Source: Chara braunii (taxonomy: Eukaryota; Plantae; Charophyceae). From it: 64,000 bases of DNA. Within the stretch, counting starts at the first letter, position 1. Every line of letters begins with the position of its first letter. The notes beneath the pieces are model-generated. The model saw only the letters and a list, made by a program, of their open reading frames with translations, searched no databases and was not told the DNA's origin. Position numbers and translations under genes: made by a program. The stretch is taken from contig BFEA01000038.1 in NCBI GenBank assembly GCA_003427395.1, positions 364,012-428,011 on the forward strand, read 5' to 3'. This document shows positions 49,440 to 60,489 of this stretch, in pieces.

Positions 49440-52400
49440 GGGCAGTTATTGTTAGCAAATGTAAAGATCTTTAAATTTAGAGTAGGGACCCTTATAGATA
49501 GTGGGGCCACTAGAAGTTGTATCAGTCGTAAGGCGCTGAAGAAGTTGAGGCTAGGCCTCAAGGTCCAAAAATTAGAAGAACATGTACTAAATATCCTCGC
49601 AAATAACCGCACCATGCGGATCGAGGAGTACGTCAAGGGAGCCCGAATGTATTTTTGCCTAGAACGAGAGGGAAAGGTAGAGAAGGTTGATTCTACTCAT
49701 AGAAGATAACCTCCCCTTTGATTTAGTATTTGGTACTGATTAGAGTGAGGCAGTTGGAGTCAGTTTGCACTTTCGAGAGCATGAGTGCAACATCCGTAGT
49801 CCCTCATGTGGATTGAAAAAAACAGTCTGTTCCATGTGTCAGGGCTAACAACTCCTTAGCACATTGTTGGGTTAGTTCTCATGTCTTTGCTTGATTTGTA
49901 AAGAAGGAGCAATTCGAAGAATATGTCTTTGTAGCTTATGTAAAGCCAAAATCTGACTAACCAAAAGAGAACGATAAGATTTATCCCACTATCGTCAATT
50001 TGCTCAATGAGTATGCTGATATAGTCGAAGCACCCTCTAGGGTACCGAGGTTCATCCAACACCGCATAGAGATAGAGTCAGACAATAAAATGCCTAAGGG
50101 AGCAGTTTATAAAATGTCTCCCAAGGAATTAAAAAAGCTATACAAGCCATTAGACAAACTCTTTGAAAAAGGATTGATTAGACCCAGTTCAATTTTTTTT
50201 TGGCGAGCCTGTTTTGTTCGTCCCTAAGAAAGAGGGAGATTTTATAATGCATAAACTACAGAAGTTTGAATGCAATAACCGTCAAAAATGCACAACCTTT
50301 GCCCCATATAGATGATCTGTTAGATCGGGTGCAAGGCTGCAAGTATTTTACCAAGATAAATTTAAAATAAAAAAATCATAAGATAAAAGTTTATCTTGAT
50401 GACCAGAGTATAAGATGACATTCCAAACTTGATATGGGCATTATGAGTTCTTAGTAATACCCTTTGGACTAACTAATGTACCAACCACCTTTCCACGTTG
50501 TATGAATAACTAGTTTAGACCGTGGCTAGATAAATTCGTCGTAGTATATTTAAATGACATTTTAAGTTTTAGTACGTCCCTCCAAAAGCATGAAGGTCAT
50601 TTGAAGCAGATTTTAGAAAAAACGAGGGAAGCCAACTTCAAAATTAGCTAAAAAAAATGCGAGTGGGCCAAGACATAAGTCCTGTACTTGGACTATGTGT
50701 TAGACGAAGATGATATAAAACCACAGGACGACAAGATAGTAGCGATTAAATACTAGTCAGTTCGCGATCATTTTTTTAAGAGTGGATTACTACTACAGAA
50801 AGTCTGTGAGAAACTTTTCAACTATCGTTGCTCCCCTTCGCAAACTCTTGAAGAAGGAAGCAATCTGGAATTGGAACAAAAACTCTACCTCGGCCCTAAA
50901 AACATTAAAGAGGGCCTTGATAGAATATCATGTGCTCAAGGTTGTTGATCGCTCATTGTCCTCCATCGTCACGACACATGCAAGCCAAAATGATATAGGC
51001 GCCGAATTACAACACAATGACGGCGATGGCTATAGACCCATAGAGTTCACTTCAGCTTCAGATAAAGTAGCAGCCTTAACAAATGAAAGATAACTCTACG
51101 CTTTCAGACAAATATTAGATCATTGGAGATATTACTTACTTGGAAGACACTTTAAAGTTTACTCGGATCATAAAACTCTGAAATGGCCTTAGACAAAAGC
51201 CAAAATGACGCCTAAATTGACTAGGTGGGCAGCAAAGATAGACCAGTTTGACTTTGAGTTAAAACCCATTACCGACAACTGTAATGTGGTAGTCGATGTT
51301 CTCAGTAGAATGGGTTGATTAGTTTGGAGTGATCGTACATTATCTGGACACAGGGGTAAACCTACAACAAAAAATAAAAGATGCATACGCTCAGAACCCG
51401 ATCTACATTGATCTCCTAAAAAAGGTTAAATAAAAACCCTGAAAGCGAACCAGATTACATAACCACAAACGGACAACTCTTTGATAAGACCAATATCATT
51501 GATAGATTGTGCGTCTCTAATAGTCAAGAGATCCGCAGTTTGATCTTACGAAAAAACCATGATATAGAGAAACACTTTCGTTGACAAAAAATATTAGCCA
51601 ACCTATCCCTGTCGTATACACGACCTAGCATGAAAATAAACTATATAGAGTATGTGTGCAGTTGTACAGTCTGCCAACACAACAAGACAACGACACGAGC
51701 ACCCAAAGGTCTTCTGAGACCCTTGCCTATCCTAGTAGTACCTGGAGAGTCTGTCTACATTGACTTCATCGATACACGGCTCGGGAGTAGGTTTTAAAAA
51801 GTCAAGTCCTGATCATAATAGATCGATTCAGCAAATATGCAATCTTCGTACCATTGCCCCCAAAAGTAAAAATTGAATTAGTTGTATAAAAGTTCTTTAA
51901 TTTATGAGTAAGTGAGCATGACATACCGCTATAAATAGCTAGTGACAATGACACGCGGTTTACCAGCCCGAACGATCACATGAAAGTCTTACAACTCTTA
52001 AGCTGTTGATGTTGTCATGTCGCCATCCAAGGCCAAACGGCCAAACTGAACAAATGAATAAGATCTTGCCGCAGTTACTCAAAATGTATATTAGACCCGA
52101 TCAAGTGAATTGGGATGATATGTTCCCTAAGTAGCTAGTGCCTATAATAACATCGTAGACCTAGCTTCTTCCAGAATTCCTAACGAGTTGCATAAGTCCT
52201 TTAGACCACCTAGGCCGTTTGAAGGACAGAACCAGGACCAGATTCGGAGGTTACCTCCCGATACAAGAGAGATTACTCTGCAGCACAAGGAAAGTTGAAA
52301 AGGTGATCGAAAACCCTATAAAAGTTCAGCATCGCATGATCGAACAAGGGAATAAGCATCACAGACCCTCTCAGTTCAAGGTAATTTAGTCCGGGTCAAG

Positions 52401-52825
52401 CAATTCGCACCAGAAAAAAACATCTCACGGAAGCTTTTGCCCGCGTATATATGGTCGTGGCCTGTCCTAGAAGTCGAAGGTGGAGAGGATGGACCATCAT
52501 ATACGATAGAGATTCCACCTCACCTCCATATGTATCCGATCTTTCATGCATCAAAGTTGTTGCCTTGTGTCACTAATGAACAGTTTCCTTTGCGGAGATC
52601 TTTGATTCCGCCAGGTATGGATGACACCTACGACTGAATACTATAAGAAGATCTATTCCGCACGGGAGGTACAGGTCGTCCCCAGAAGAAGTACAAAGTC
52701 AAGTTCACTTACAAGGAACCTGAGGAGGACAGATGGTTCACTAGAACAAAACTTCCAAAAACCACTCCCAATGTAGTTTACGATTACGAAAGAGCAAGAA
52801 AAGGTAAAGCCCCTGCCTTGGTTTA
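49440..52825 (+). pseudogene. pol: pol of element E, many stops and frameshifts
   Basis: VGTLIDSGATRSCIS (protease); PKGAVYKMSP, PFGLTNVP, VVYLNDI (RT); IVTTHASQ (RNase H); CTVCQ, IIDRFSK, HPRPNGQTE (integrase); YPIFHASKL; KKYKVKF (chromodomain). Confidence 0.92.
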
Positions 52826-52865
52826 AGGAGTTCTCGGAGGACCTCGAATTTAGTTCGCGCAAGAT

Positions 52866-53810
52866 TGCAAGTGCCAAGACTCGATCCCCAGACCTTCCCT
52901 AGTCCACTGCATAGTTGTCATTGACCGTGTGTGCTTTGAACTCACGACCTATCCCTAAAACCGTGTACAAATGTTTTGTGTGTGCAGCTTGGGTCGTGTG
53001 GGTTTGTTCCGTAGGTCTAGTGTTTAGAAGTCTTAGGGACCTTAGGGTCATCTGTAGGTGGCCACACGTCCTCTGAAAGGTCAGTAGGTCGTGGCTAGGG
53101 TAGTTCCTGAAGAGTCAACTTGACCTCTCGAAGTCAGCAGAGGCAGCCCGACAAATCTGGGAAAGGTCAAGAGTCCCAAATCAACCCCGAAGGGACACAT
53201 GAAAAGGCAGTCCCAGTCCAGTCCGTTTTGCAGCAGGTACCAGAGTGGGGACTGCATGTCTCCGGGGCCTGGGACATCGACGGGCCCAGACCACCAAATG
53301 AAACTGTATAAATAAAGAGCCAGCGATAAGTCATTCACTCGTTATCTAGGAAACGTGGAAGCGCTGCGCGAGCGATTTGTGCATTGGGTCTAGAGGTGGT
53401 CAGCAAGTAGCCCGACGGTGGAAGAGGGCGAGCGGCCATAGACGTTAGGAGGAGGAAGACGAAGGCGGCCATAGCCGCCTACGTCTGGAGTTATCAAATG
53501 CGTGAGCGTGTGCAGACATTCAGGGTAGATCCAACTGTTATGTGCGTGCGTGCGTGCATGTGAGTGTGTCTGACGGTGGAGACGATGTTCGGTGGGAATT
53601 CCAGACCGGCGCTCAGACGCACTAGCCATGAGATGTGACAAGTTGTTTTGAGCTGAGTTCCTGGCTGAAGGCCATATCTCCGAGTATTGTGTGGGCGCAC
53701 TGCGCCATCTCAAGTCTGTTGCCGATACTGCATCTGTGGAAGTTTCTATTGCCATCGCCAGCTGCATGCATGCGCGTTGAACGTGAGAAGAAGACGAGTC
53801 TGATTGCACT
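52866..53810 (+). repeat. 3' LTR of element E (truncated)
   Basis: Begins TGCAAGTG just after pol. Similarity to the 5' LTR stops at GAGTCTGATTGCA (~53808). Confidence 0.85.
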
Positions 53811-55297
53811 ATTCGAATCCTCTTTGTTCCCCCCGAAAACTCGAATACAACGCATAGGTGTTATGTTCTGCGGAAGGAGGTACGGACATTGGTTACTGCT
53901 GTTGCACCCTGCCAACTGCTCTACAAGGTTCACCGTGGGTGCCTCCTTCCCCAGGATGAGCACTTTTTTTAGTTAACTTTGAAGTTGGCTTCCCTCAGTT
54001 TCCCTCGAATACAAGTCCTCCAAAACCAAATATATGTAATCATATAGAGACATAGAGTGCCCAATGCATCGTGGTAAAAAAAAAAAAGAAATTGCAGAGA
54101 CTCATCAGGTGGCTGAACCCTCACAACGCCATCCTAAACACAGTGTGCTGCCCACACGCCAGTGTTTTTATTAATATTATTATTATTATTTTTAAATAAC
54201 CACCAGTAGCTCCGGTCCCGTTTTTGCCGCACCTAAATTTTACTACGCACTGAGTTTTGCCAAGGCGGGGCAGTTGCATCCAGAAAAAAACAAGAAAAAA
54301 ATAGATTAAAAAAATCCCTAACGCTGTGATAACCATCAGATACATTCTATGAGGTGCTAGGGGGATTACGCCCTCAGTGAGGGCGTCTGTCCGATGAAAG
54401 AGCACATGAAGAAGAAGAAGAAGAAAAAAAACCTCCCTTATGTTGTGATTGCGGTCAGATTCATGGCGCTACAGTACTAGTGTGAGCACAAGGTAATCGA
54501 GGCAGTTGGTAGCCTCACGTGGAATATGCCCTGCCTCGCTGGCCGGGCAGAACAAAAACGTGAAAAAAAAAAAAAAGCAATCACATTCCACACATAGCAG
54601 CCAGGTGCATTCCTCAAAGCACTGGTGTGATTTCCACCTCCGCGAGGGCCTTCCCTGATGTCGCTGGAGTCTTAAGTTCTTAGGGTTTTTCTTTTCTTGT
54701 CATTTTTGTTTTGTCGGCCTGCAACCCTGCCCCGAGGCCCGGACTTCTGCGGAGTAGGTCTAGTTTTGAGACTTAGCGTCCTAGGGCCTCGCCACACAGG
54801 CTGTCCAAATGTGCAAAACGAGAATGAACTTGCCGCTAGAAGATGGCCAGATGCACCTGCCACATTTTTGTCGTTTTCACGTTTAGACAGGCTGTGTGGC
54901 GAGGCCCCTAGTGAGAAAGGTGGTGGTGGTATAGGGCCTCGCCGCACGGTACGTGAAACGAAAAAAAAAACGACTTCGTTTCGTGAGCATGTTGCCGCAC
55001 AGCATCCACGCGACACCTGTCAGAAAAAATGCACGAAATGTGTCAGTCTCACCGTTCGCGAGTGTGGGCACGTGCAACAGCTTTTTCTGCCTGCACCTCG
55101 CGCGAACTCGCAGGTCCTCCGGAGGTGTGGTGGTGGAGCTGCGAATTCGTGCGGGTGTGGCACATCACTCCAAAGAGCTTTGGTGCACTGTTTGGACACT
55201 TGCATACGTCAGGCCTCGCGAGGCTTCACGGTAAGCACGCGAACCCGGGCAGACCCATTGCGACGATGGAAGGAGCGTCAAAGACAAAAAAATGGCG

Positions 55298-55457
55298 ATG
55301 CATCTTTCCATGTTCTCGCGGAGTATTCATTCTCCTTTTGCGCAGTCGGAGATGTATCTTTCCATGTCCTAGCGGAGTATTCACTCTCCTTTTGTGCAGT
55401 TTCTCCGACTGCGCAAAAGGAGAATGAATACTCCGCTAGAACATGGAATGATACATC
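55298..55457. repeat. Direct-plus-inverted 52-bp repeat (fold-back family)
   Basis: GATGYATCTTTCCATGTYCT(C/A)GCGGAGTATTCAYTCTCCTTTTGYGCAGT occurs twice in tandem, then once inverted. Confidence 0.85.
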
Positions 55458-55771
55458 GCAATTCTTCCGCCCTCGAGCGGACCCGGGGAGTGTCGGGCCG
55501 TTCCTGGTACCCGAACCCTGCGAAACATCGGTCCAATCGGGAAACCGCAAAAAATGCTCCCGCCGCCACATAGCACACACCAACCCCGCATGTGGTCGCT
55601 ACCGCGAGAGAATTCGCCTTTGCTGTGCGGCGGTGGTCCAGTTAACGAAACGAAATGCTTGAATTCGGCATCGCGAGGCCTCGCGAGTTCTCAGCTCGTT
55701 TCGTTTCGTTTTTTCAACCGTGCGGCGAGACCCATAAACAAAAAATAAAGCATCATTCATTTCGTCATTAA

Positions 55772-55925
55772 ACCCCACCAGTACTTCCAAAAGGTCGTGC
55801 CCGTTAACAAGCCACAACTTCAGGAAATGTACAGGCCACTTCACGAGCGCCCAAATTCATCGGACTAGAAATGGTCCTACTCTAATTTTTTTCCACGGCT
55901 GATAGCTGGGCCAAGTACTGGTGGT
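55772..55925. mobile_element. ~154-bp TTAA-flanked MITE, second copy
   Basis: TTAA-ACCCCACCAGTACTT...AAGTACTGGTGGT-TTAA; colinear with 19327-19478. Confidence 0.8.
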
Positions 55926-56167
55926 TTAAAGGGGGAGGGTCGGGATTCCCTCCACAAACAACCCGGAGATACTGGGACCATTACCCAGCTTAGGTGCAGA
56001 GACAGATGAGCAAGGAACAGAACCGGCCTTCTCAGGCTCTGTCCCGACAGACGAAATTATAATGCCGATTGGCAATGCAGCATCGACAGTCCGAGGGAAC
56101 ACTCCTACGCGACTCCCGCTAACAGAATGACCCTGGGATTTTTTCCGTCAACAGAAAAAAAGCCAAC

Positions 56168-57583
56168 TGAGTAGAAAGGGTTTTGAGAGGTTCGGCGCTA
56201 ATTTTCTTGCGTTAATTTTGCCTGCGCTAAGTGCCGCTTCGGCGGCGCTTGGCGCTTAGCAAAAATAGGGCAGGGAAGAGTGCGCTGAGGCGAAGGAAGA
56301 AGTGCCTCTGACATAGCCACTCTGACGTTGGGACGGGTTTCTTCGATAGTCCCAAGGGTGGCGCTTAGCAANAAAATAGGGCAGGATAGAGTGCGCTGAG
56401 GCGAAGGAAGAAGTGCCTCTGACATAGCCACTCTGACGTTGGGACGGGTTTCTTCGATAGTCCCAAGAGGGACAAGACGCAAGGCCGTGGAAGAAGGGGT
56501 TCAGGGTTTCGGTCCAGATACATGCTCCCCAAGTAGAGCTTTCACGAGGCGACGGAAACTCAAGGGGAGGATAGAAACTTGCGGCGTACAGGTCGTCTCC
56601 TTCGTCAATTTCAAGGGCCTGCCGAATAGGCAGGTTGTGCCAAGTGGTGTCAGTACAGGCATACTGGGATGAAATCTCCAGTAACGCTGTCGGGGGGTGG
56701 GTCAGACTTCAGGTATAAACTCGGTTCTCTGTTCTTACCTCGTATCCTTACTCCCATTTGTACTAATTTATTGAAGCCTCCCAGTAGTATGCTGGTATTA
56801 AGTAGGTTTAGATCATTGTTTGTGACGTTTGTTCTTAATTTTGATTCTGAGAACCATGGCGTCGTGGATCCCAGTCAGGAGTCGAATGCGGCACCAGCAA
56901 TTTCCTTTCCAACGTCTGATGTTGATAAGGAAAGAATTCGGGTTCTCCTGAATGCTTGTTTCGTGGACGGTATTCTTCCTCCCTGCCTCGCTCCAGGAAG
57001 AGTTACTTCAGGGGAAGACTTAGTAGAAGTAGAAGTTAACCCTGATCTTTCTCTACTGCAAGCGGAGTGGTTGACTGAACATGCCGTTACGATCTTCTTT
57101 GGTGCAGCATCCTCCTCCCTCCCTCCGGACGTTAAGAACCGACTTGTTCGAATATATGAAAATGGGTGGGCGGCTTTCGGGGCAACGGGAGCTCCCCCCC
57201 AACGAGGTTTGTTCCGGAATGAGGGGCGAAATTTGGTTTCCTATGTTGCCTCATCAAAGCAGATTGCTGCGTGGATGTTGCTTAAAAAGGAAGACAAGAT
57301 TTCACTGGATGGTGCGGAGCATTCTGTTTCGTTCCGACCTTGGATGTCGGAAAAACAACTATCGGATTGGAAGGAGGCTATGAATCAGAGATTTTTTTGG
57401 ATTAGGTGCCTTGAAGTCTCGGTGTCGGCCCTTGCCCTCCTTAGGGGGGCAGTGGAAGATGCATTTGGAGAAGTAATAAAGGAACATCCTACATGCAAAG
57501 ACCCGGTGACCCCAGATTTGCATGATATCCGGTTTGACTTGATCCCATTGGCCAAACTCAAGTAAAAAAAAAAAAAAAAAAAA
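56168..57583 (+). mobile_element. Retroposed LINE 5' fragment (5'UTR + partial ORF1 + poly(A)), TSD AAAAAAAGCCAAC
   Basis: A20 at 57564-57583. (A)7GCCAAC at 56155-56167 and 57577-57589. No ORF2 sequence. Confidence 0.75.
56669..57565 (+). CDS. L1-clade LINE ORF1-like protein, C-terminally truncated at poly(A)
   Basis: Open 298-aa frame with WLTEHAVTIFF, VSFRPW and FFWIRCLEV...AFGEVI resembling plant L1 ORF1 (DUF4283-type region). The stop codon is formed by T plus the poly(A). The real start probably lay upstream in another frame. Confidence 0.65.
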   Translation: MKSPVTLSGGGSDFRYKLGSLFLPRILTPICTNLLKPPSSMLVLSRFRSLFVTFVLNFDSENHGVVDPSQESNAAPAISFPTSDVDKERIRVLLNACFVDGILPPCLAPGRVTSGEDLVEVEVNPDLSLLQAEWLTEHAVTIFFGAASSSLPPDVKNRLVRIYENGWAAFGATGAPPQRGLFRNEGRNLVSYVASSKQIAAWMLLKKEDKISLDGAEHSVSFRPWMSEKQLSDWKEAMNQRFFWIRCLEVSVSALALLRGAVEDAFGEVIKEHPTCKDPVTPDLHDIRFDLIPLAKLK

Positions 57584-57828
57584 GCCAACAGCGCGGCGAG
57601 CGAAAACGAGTTTGCAAACGGCTACAAAAGACAAAAGTACCGGCGGGTCTCGCACGTGCCGAATTCAGAAAAGCAGAAAATGCCGCGCAGCACTTCGTGA
57701 TAAGCGCGGATGTCATAAGATAACTACAGGGGCGGTCCGCGGTCCGCGGACGGCCTGGGTTCAACAACGGCAAAACGAAAACAAAGTTAACAAACACAAT
57801 TATGTGCTATTTTTGCGGTTCCAAACTG

Positions 57829-57878
<50 letters not shown>

Positions 57879-58833
57879 ACTGTCCGCCTAAAAAGTTGCT
57901 TTCGCCTGTTTTTCCTGCCCATTCGAAACTCTAACCCTGACACCAGTGTCGTTGTTTCAAAAACAAAAACAAAGTGTCGAGGGAACACATGCATCAGGCG
58001 CCGAGGGGATGAAGAGGGAAAAAAGGATCAGTGGTCACCCATCAAACTTCATTACAGTTTACAATCCGTGTCGACGACATACAAGATATCAACACCGATA
58101 TCATGCAAAGGTGTGTTATAAACCGGGCCGCCCGGGTCACCTTGTTCGGCCGGGCAAGGACCAGGGAAGGTTCCTTTGGCGCCTGGGAAAATAGGGAAAA
58201 GTGGACGTTTTCCCAAACTCCTAAGGTTTCGGAGGCCGGGCCCGACGATGGCTGCCATTGATAAATCTGATCGGCGGCCGTCGTTTGGCTTCGGCCTCCG
58301 AAAAGGTCGGAGGCCCACCGGAGGCCCGCTATTTTCCCACGCGCCAAAGGTACTAGTGGTTCAAAAAAAAAAAGAAAAAAAAAAGGATGAAAAATCGGAA
58401 AAAAAGAAGTTCCGCTGACAAATAAACTGAACAACAATTGCCTCAGGGTCGGACCGAAATTCTTTGCGAAATATAAATTAAAAATTAAATAAATATAAAT
58501 TATATAATGTATTTATCGTCAAAATTTTAATTCATTTTGGGCCCGGCCAGGCAAGTTGTCCCGGGCCACTCTGGTAACATAGCATGCCAAGGTGTTTAAT
58601 GAAGGATGCACAATCCAATAACTGATTCTCATGCATTTCAGAGTGTACCAGTGCAACAGAAAACGTCTAGATGCATATGGCTGAACCCACTTGAATTATC
58701 GCACAAGTGCAGAGAAAATGGAAGCAAAGAGAATAAAGATAAAGAAAGCAGCTGTGTTCATGGAGATCAACCAATTATTCCCATTGCAAGGCCACTCTCT
58801 CTCTCTCCCCCTTTTTCTCTTACATGCATACCC

Positions 58834-58895
58834 CACTAATGGTTAATAGGTGGAGTCGTTTTCGACAAACGTTTCACCGAAACTGCCATTTTTCC

Positions 58896-58926
<31 letters not shown>

Positions 58927-59272
58927 CGTGTGTGTGTGTGTGTGTGTGATATGTATGCGCTTTAGGTTTTATCTGTATTCAGTTTCGACGTATTCTCACC
59001 AGTAATAAAAAAGTAGGTAAAATTACTAAAAACAAAGTTTCAAACACCGAAGTCGGAAAAAAAAATTGGCGAACTCCGAACGCTACTCCGAATAGGGTTT
59101 TATTATTTTACACTGTTTTTAAATTTCGACTTTTTTTTTGAATTTTTCCTTTTATTTTCATTTTTGTATTATGAGCCTGCATTGTTTGTTCACAACATTT
59201 TCGCCGACATAGCGTGTGGTGATATGGCAAACCCCAAATTTTCAATTTTGGGCCTCCCATTAACCATCACTC
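58834..59272 (+). mobile_element. Non-autonomous transposon, family Y copy 2 (439 bp), 8-bp TSD GCATACCC/GCATGCCC
   Basis: Ends CACTAATGGTTAAT...ATTAACCATCACTC. TSD at 58826-58833 and 59273-59280. Confidence 0.85.
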
Positions 59273-59546
59273 GCATGCCCACATGCAAGCCCACACATGG
59301 GTCCACACACACACACACACACACTGATAAACAAAAACAGAAAACGGAAGAACCTCCCCTTAGTATATTCTAGTCCTCATCCTGGTCTAAGGAGTACCAC
59401 TAACTCTTCGCACACTTACTGCCAGGCTTTGTGTGAGTAAAGTCCACGACCACTTTTCTCAGGAGTACCACTCACTCTGCGCGATTATCGGGTGAGTCCT
59501 TAATACTCCTTTAAAGTCCTTTTCCATAAGTCAAATGCATCCTGGG

Positions 59547-59603
59547 CAGATTATCGGGGTTCAACCTTTTGATGAGTCGGCGAAAGTCCGGCGAAACAGT
59601 CTG
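59547..59603 (+). ncRNA. Type III hammerhead ribozyme motif (C-to-T change in core)
   Basis: CAGATT-ATC | GGGG ttcaa CCTT | TTGATGA | GTCGG cgaaagt CCGGC | GAAA | CAGTCTG. Confidence 0.75.
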
Positions 59604-60120
59604 GCACAGTCATGCTTTTTTACACAGTCATTCTTTTTTTCTTTGTTGCGTTGTGTATAGCGGATACGACAGCCCACTTGCTGCCAATTTTGAACCAATT
59701 ACTTCTTCTTTTTTTCTTTTTTTTTTTTCTTTTTTTTCTTTTTTTTTTTCCCCCTTCCCCTTGCGTGTATTAAAATGGAGTCTACGTTGTAGCAGTTGCA
59801 GGTCATTCAGAAAAAAAGGTAATAAAGATTACGGAGTACAAAGGCACATCTTCGTAACGAAAGGCGCTGTTGCCTCCTCGCCTAATTGGCGGAATGAATA
59901 GTAGGCTCAAAGAGTAGACGCTTCACAACTGAATCCCTAGCAACCGAACCGCCGCCAAAGGAGGGGGTTGGACTGACAGTCCACAGGGATTGTAGGGTCG
60001 GTGTCAGCGAAGCAGGCCACTTCGAGTGAGTAAACTCGACCGCTTTTCTCTCTCAGGGGTGCCACTAACTCTGGGCGATCTGGTGAGTCGTTTATCCATC
60101 AGTCAAATGCATCCTGGGCA

Positions 60121-60170
60121 CACTGTCTGTCCAGGTTCAATCAAATGATGGGTCGGTGAAACGGTCTGGC
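60121..60170 (+). ncRNA. Degenerate hammerhead relic (stem II mostly deleted)
   Basis: CTGTC CAGGTTCAATCAA ATGATGG GTCGGT GAAA CGGTCTGG, in a duplicate of the 59432-59620 context. Confidence 0.5.
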
Positions 60171-60489
60171 ACAATCATGCTTTTTCCAAGGAGTTGTGCA
60201 TAGCGAACAATTCAACAGACAAAATGTTCTTTTTTTTTTCTTTTCTTTTCTTTTCTGTAAGTTTTCTTGCTTTTCCTTTGCTACTTCTCAGTCAAAAATA
60301 TGCTTTTTCAACGGAGTCGTGTATAGCGAACAATTCAATACACAAACTTCACAAAGTCATTCTTTTCTACAAGTTCTCTTGCTTTTCCTTTGGTAGTTCC
60401 CAGTCGAAAGTATTTCCTTTATGTTGTCCGTTTTATGCGCTCTCTGGTCTTTTCCAGTGCTTCCCCTTGGTCTAAGCCAGCACCCCTAA

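Larger units (their letters stand above)
44693..53810 (+). mobile_element. Ty3/Gypsy chromovirus LTR retrotransposon E, heavily decayed, 3' LTR truncated
   Basis: Direct repeats 44693-45629 and 52866-53810 flank gag and pol remnants. The LTRs are visibly diverged and no TSD is recoverable. Confidence 0.9.

Noticed and set aside
54697-55662. 321-aa ORF as a real gene
   Set aside because: Runs through fold-back repeats, has overlapping ORFs on both strands and no domain signature.
56250-56467. ~110-bp tandem duplication in the LINE 5'UTR as a biological monomer repeat
   Set aside because: Near-identical copies with an N at 56372 near the junction suggest a contig-overlap artefact; cannot be trusted without reads.
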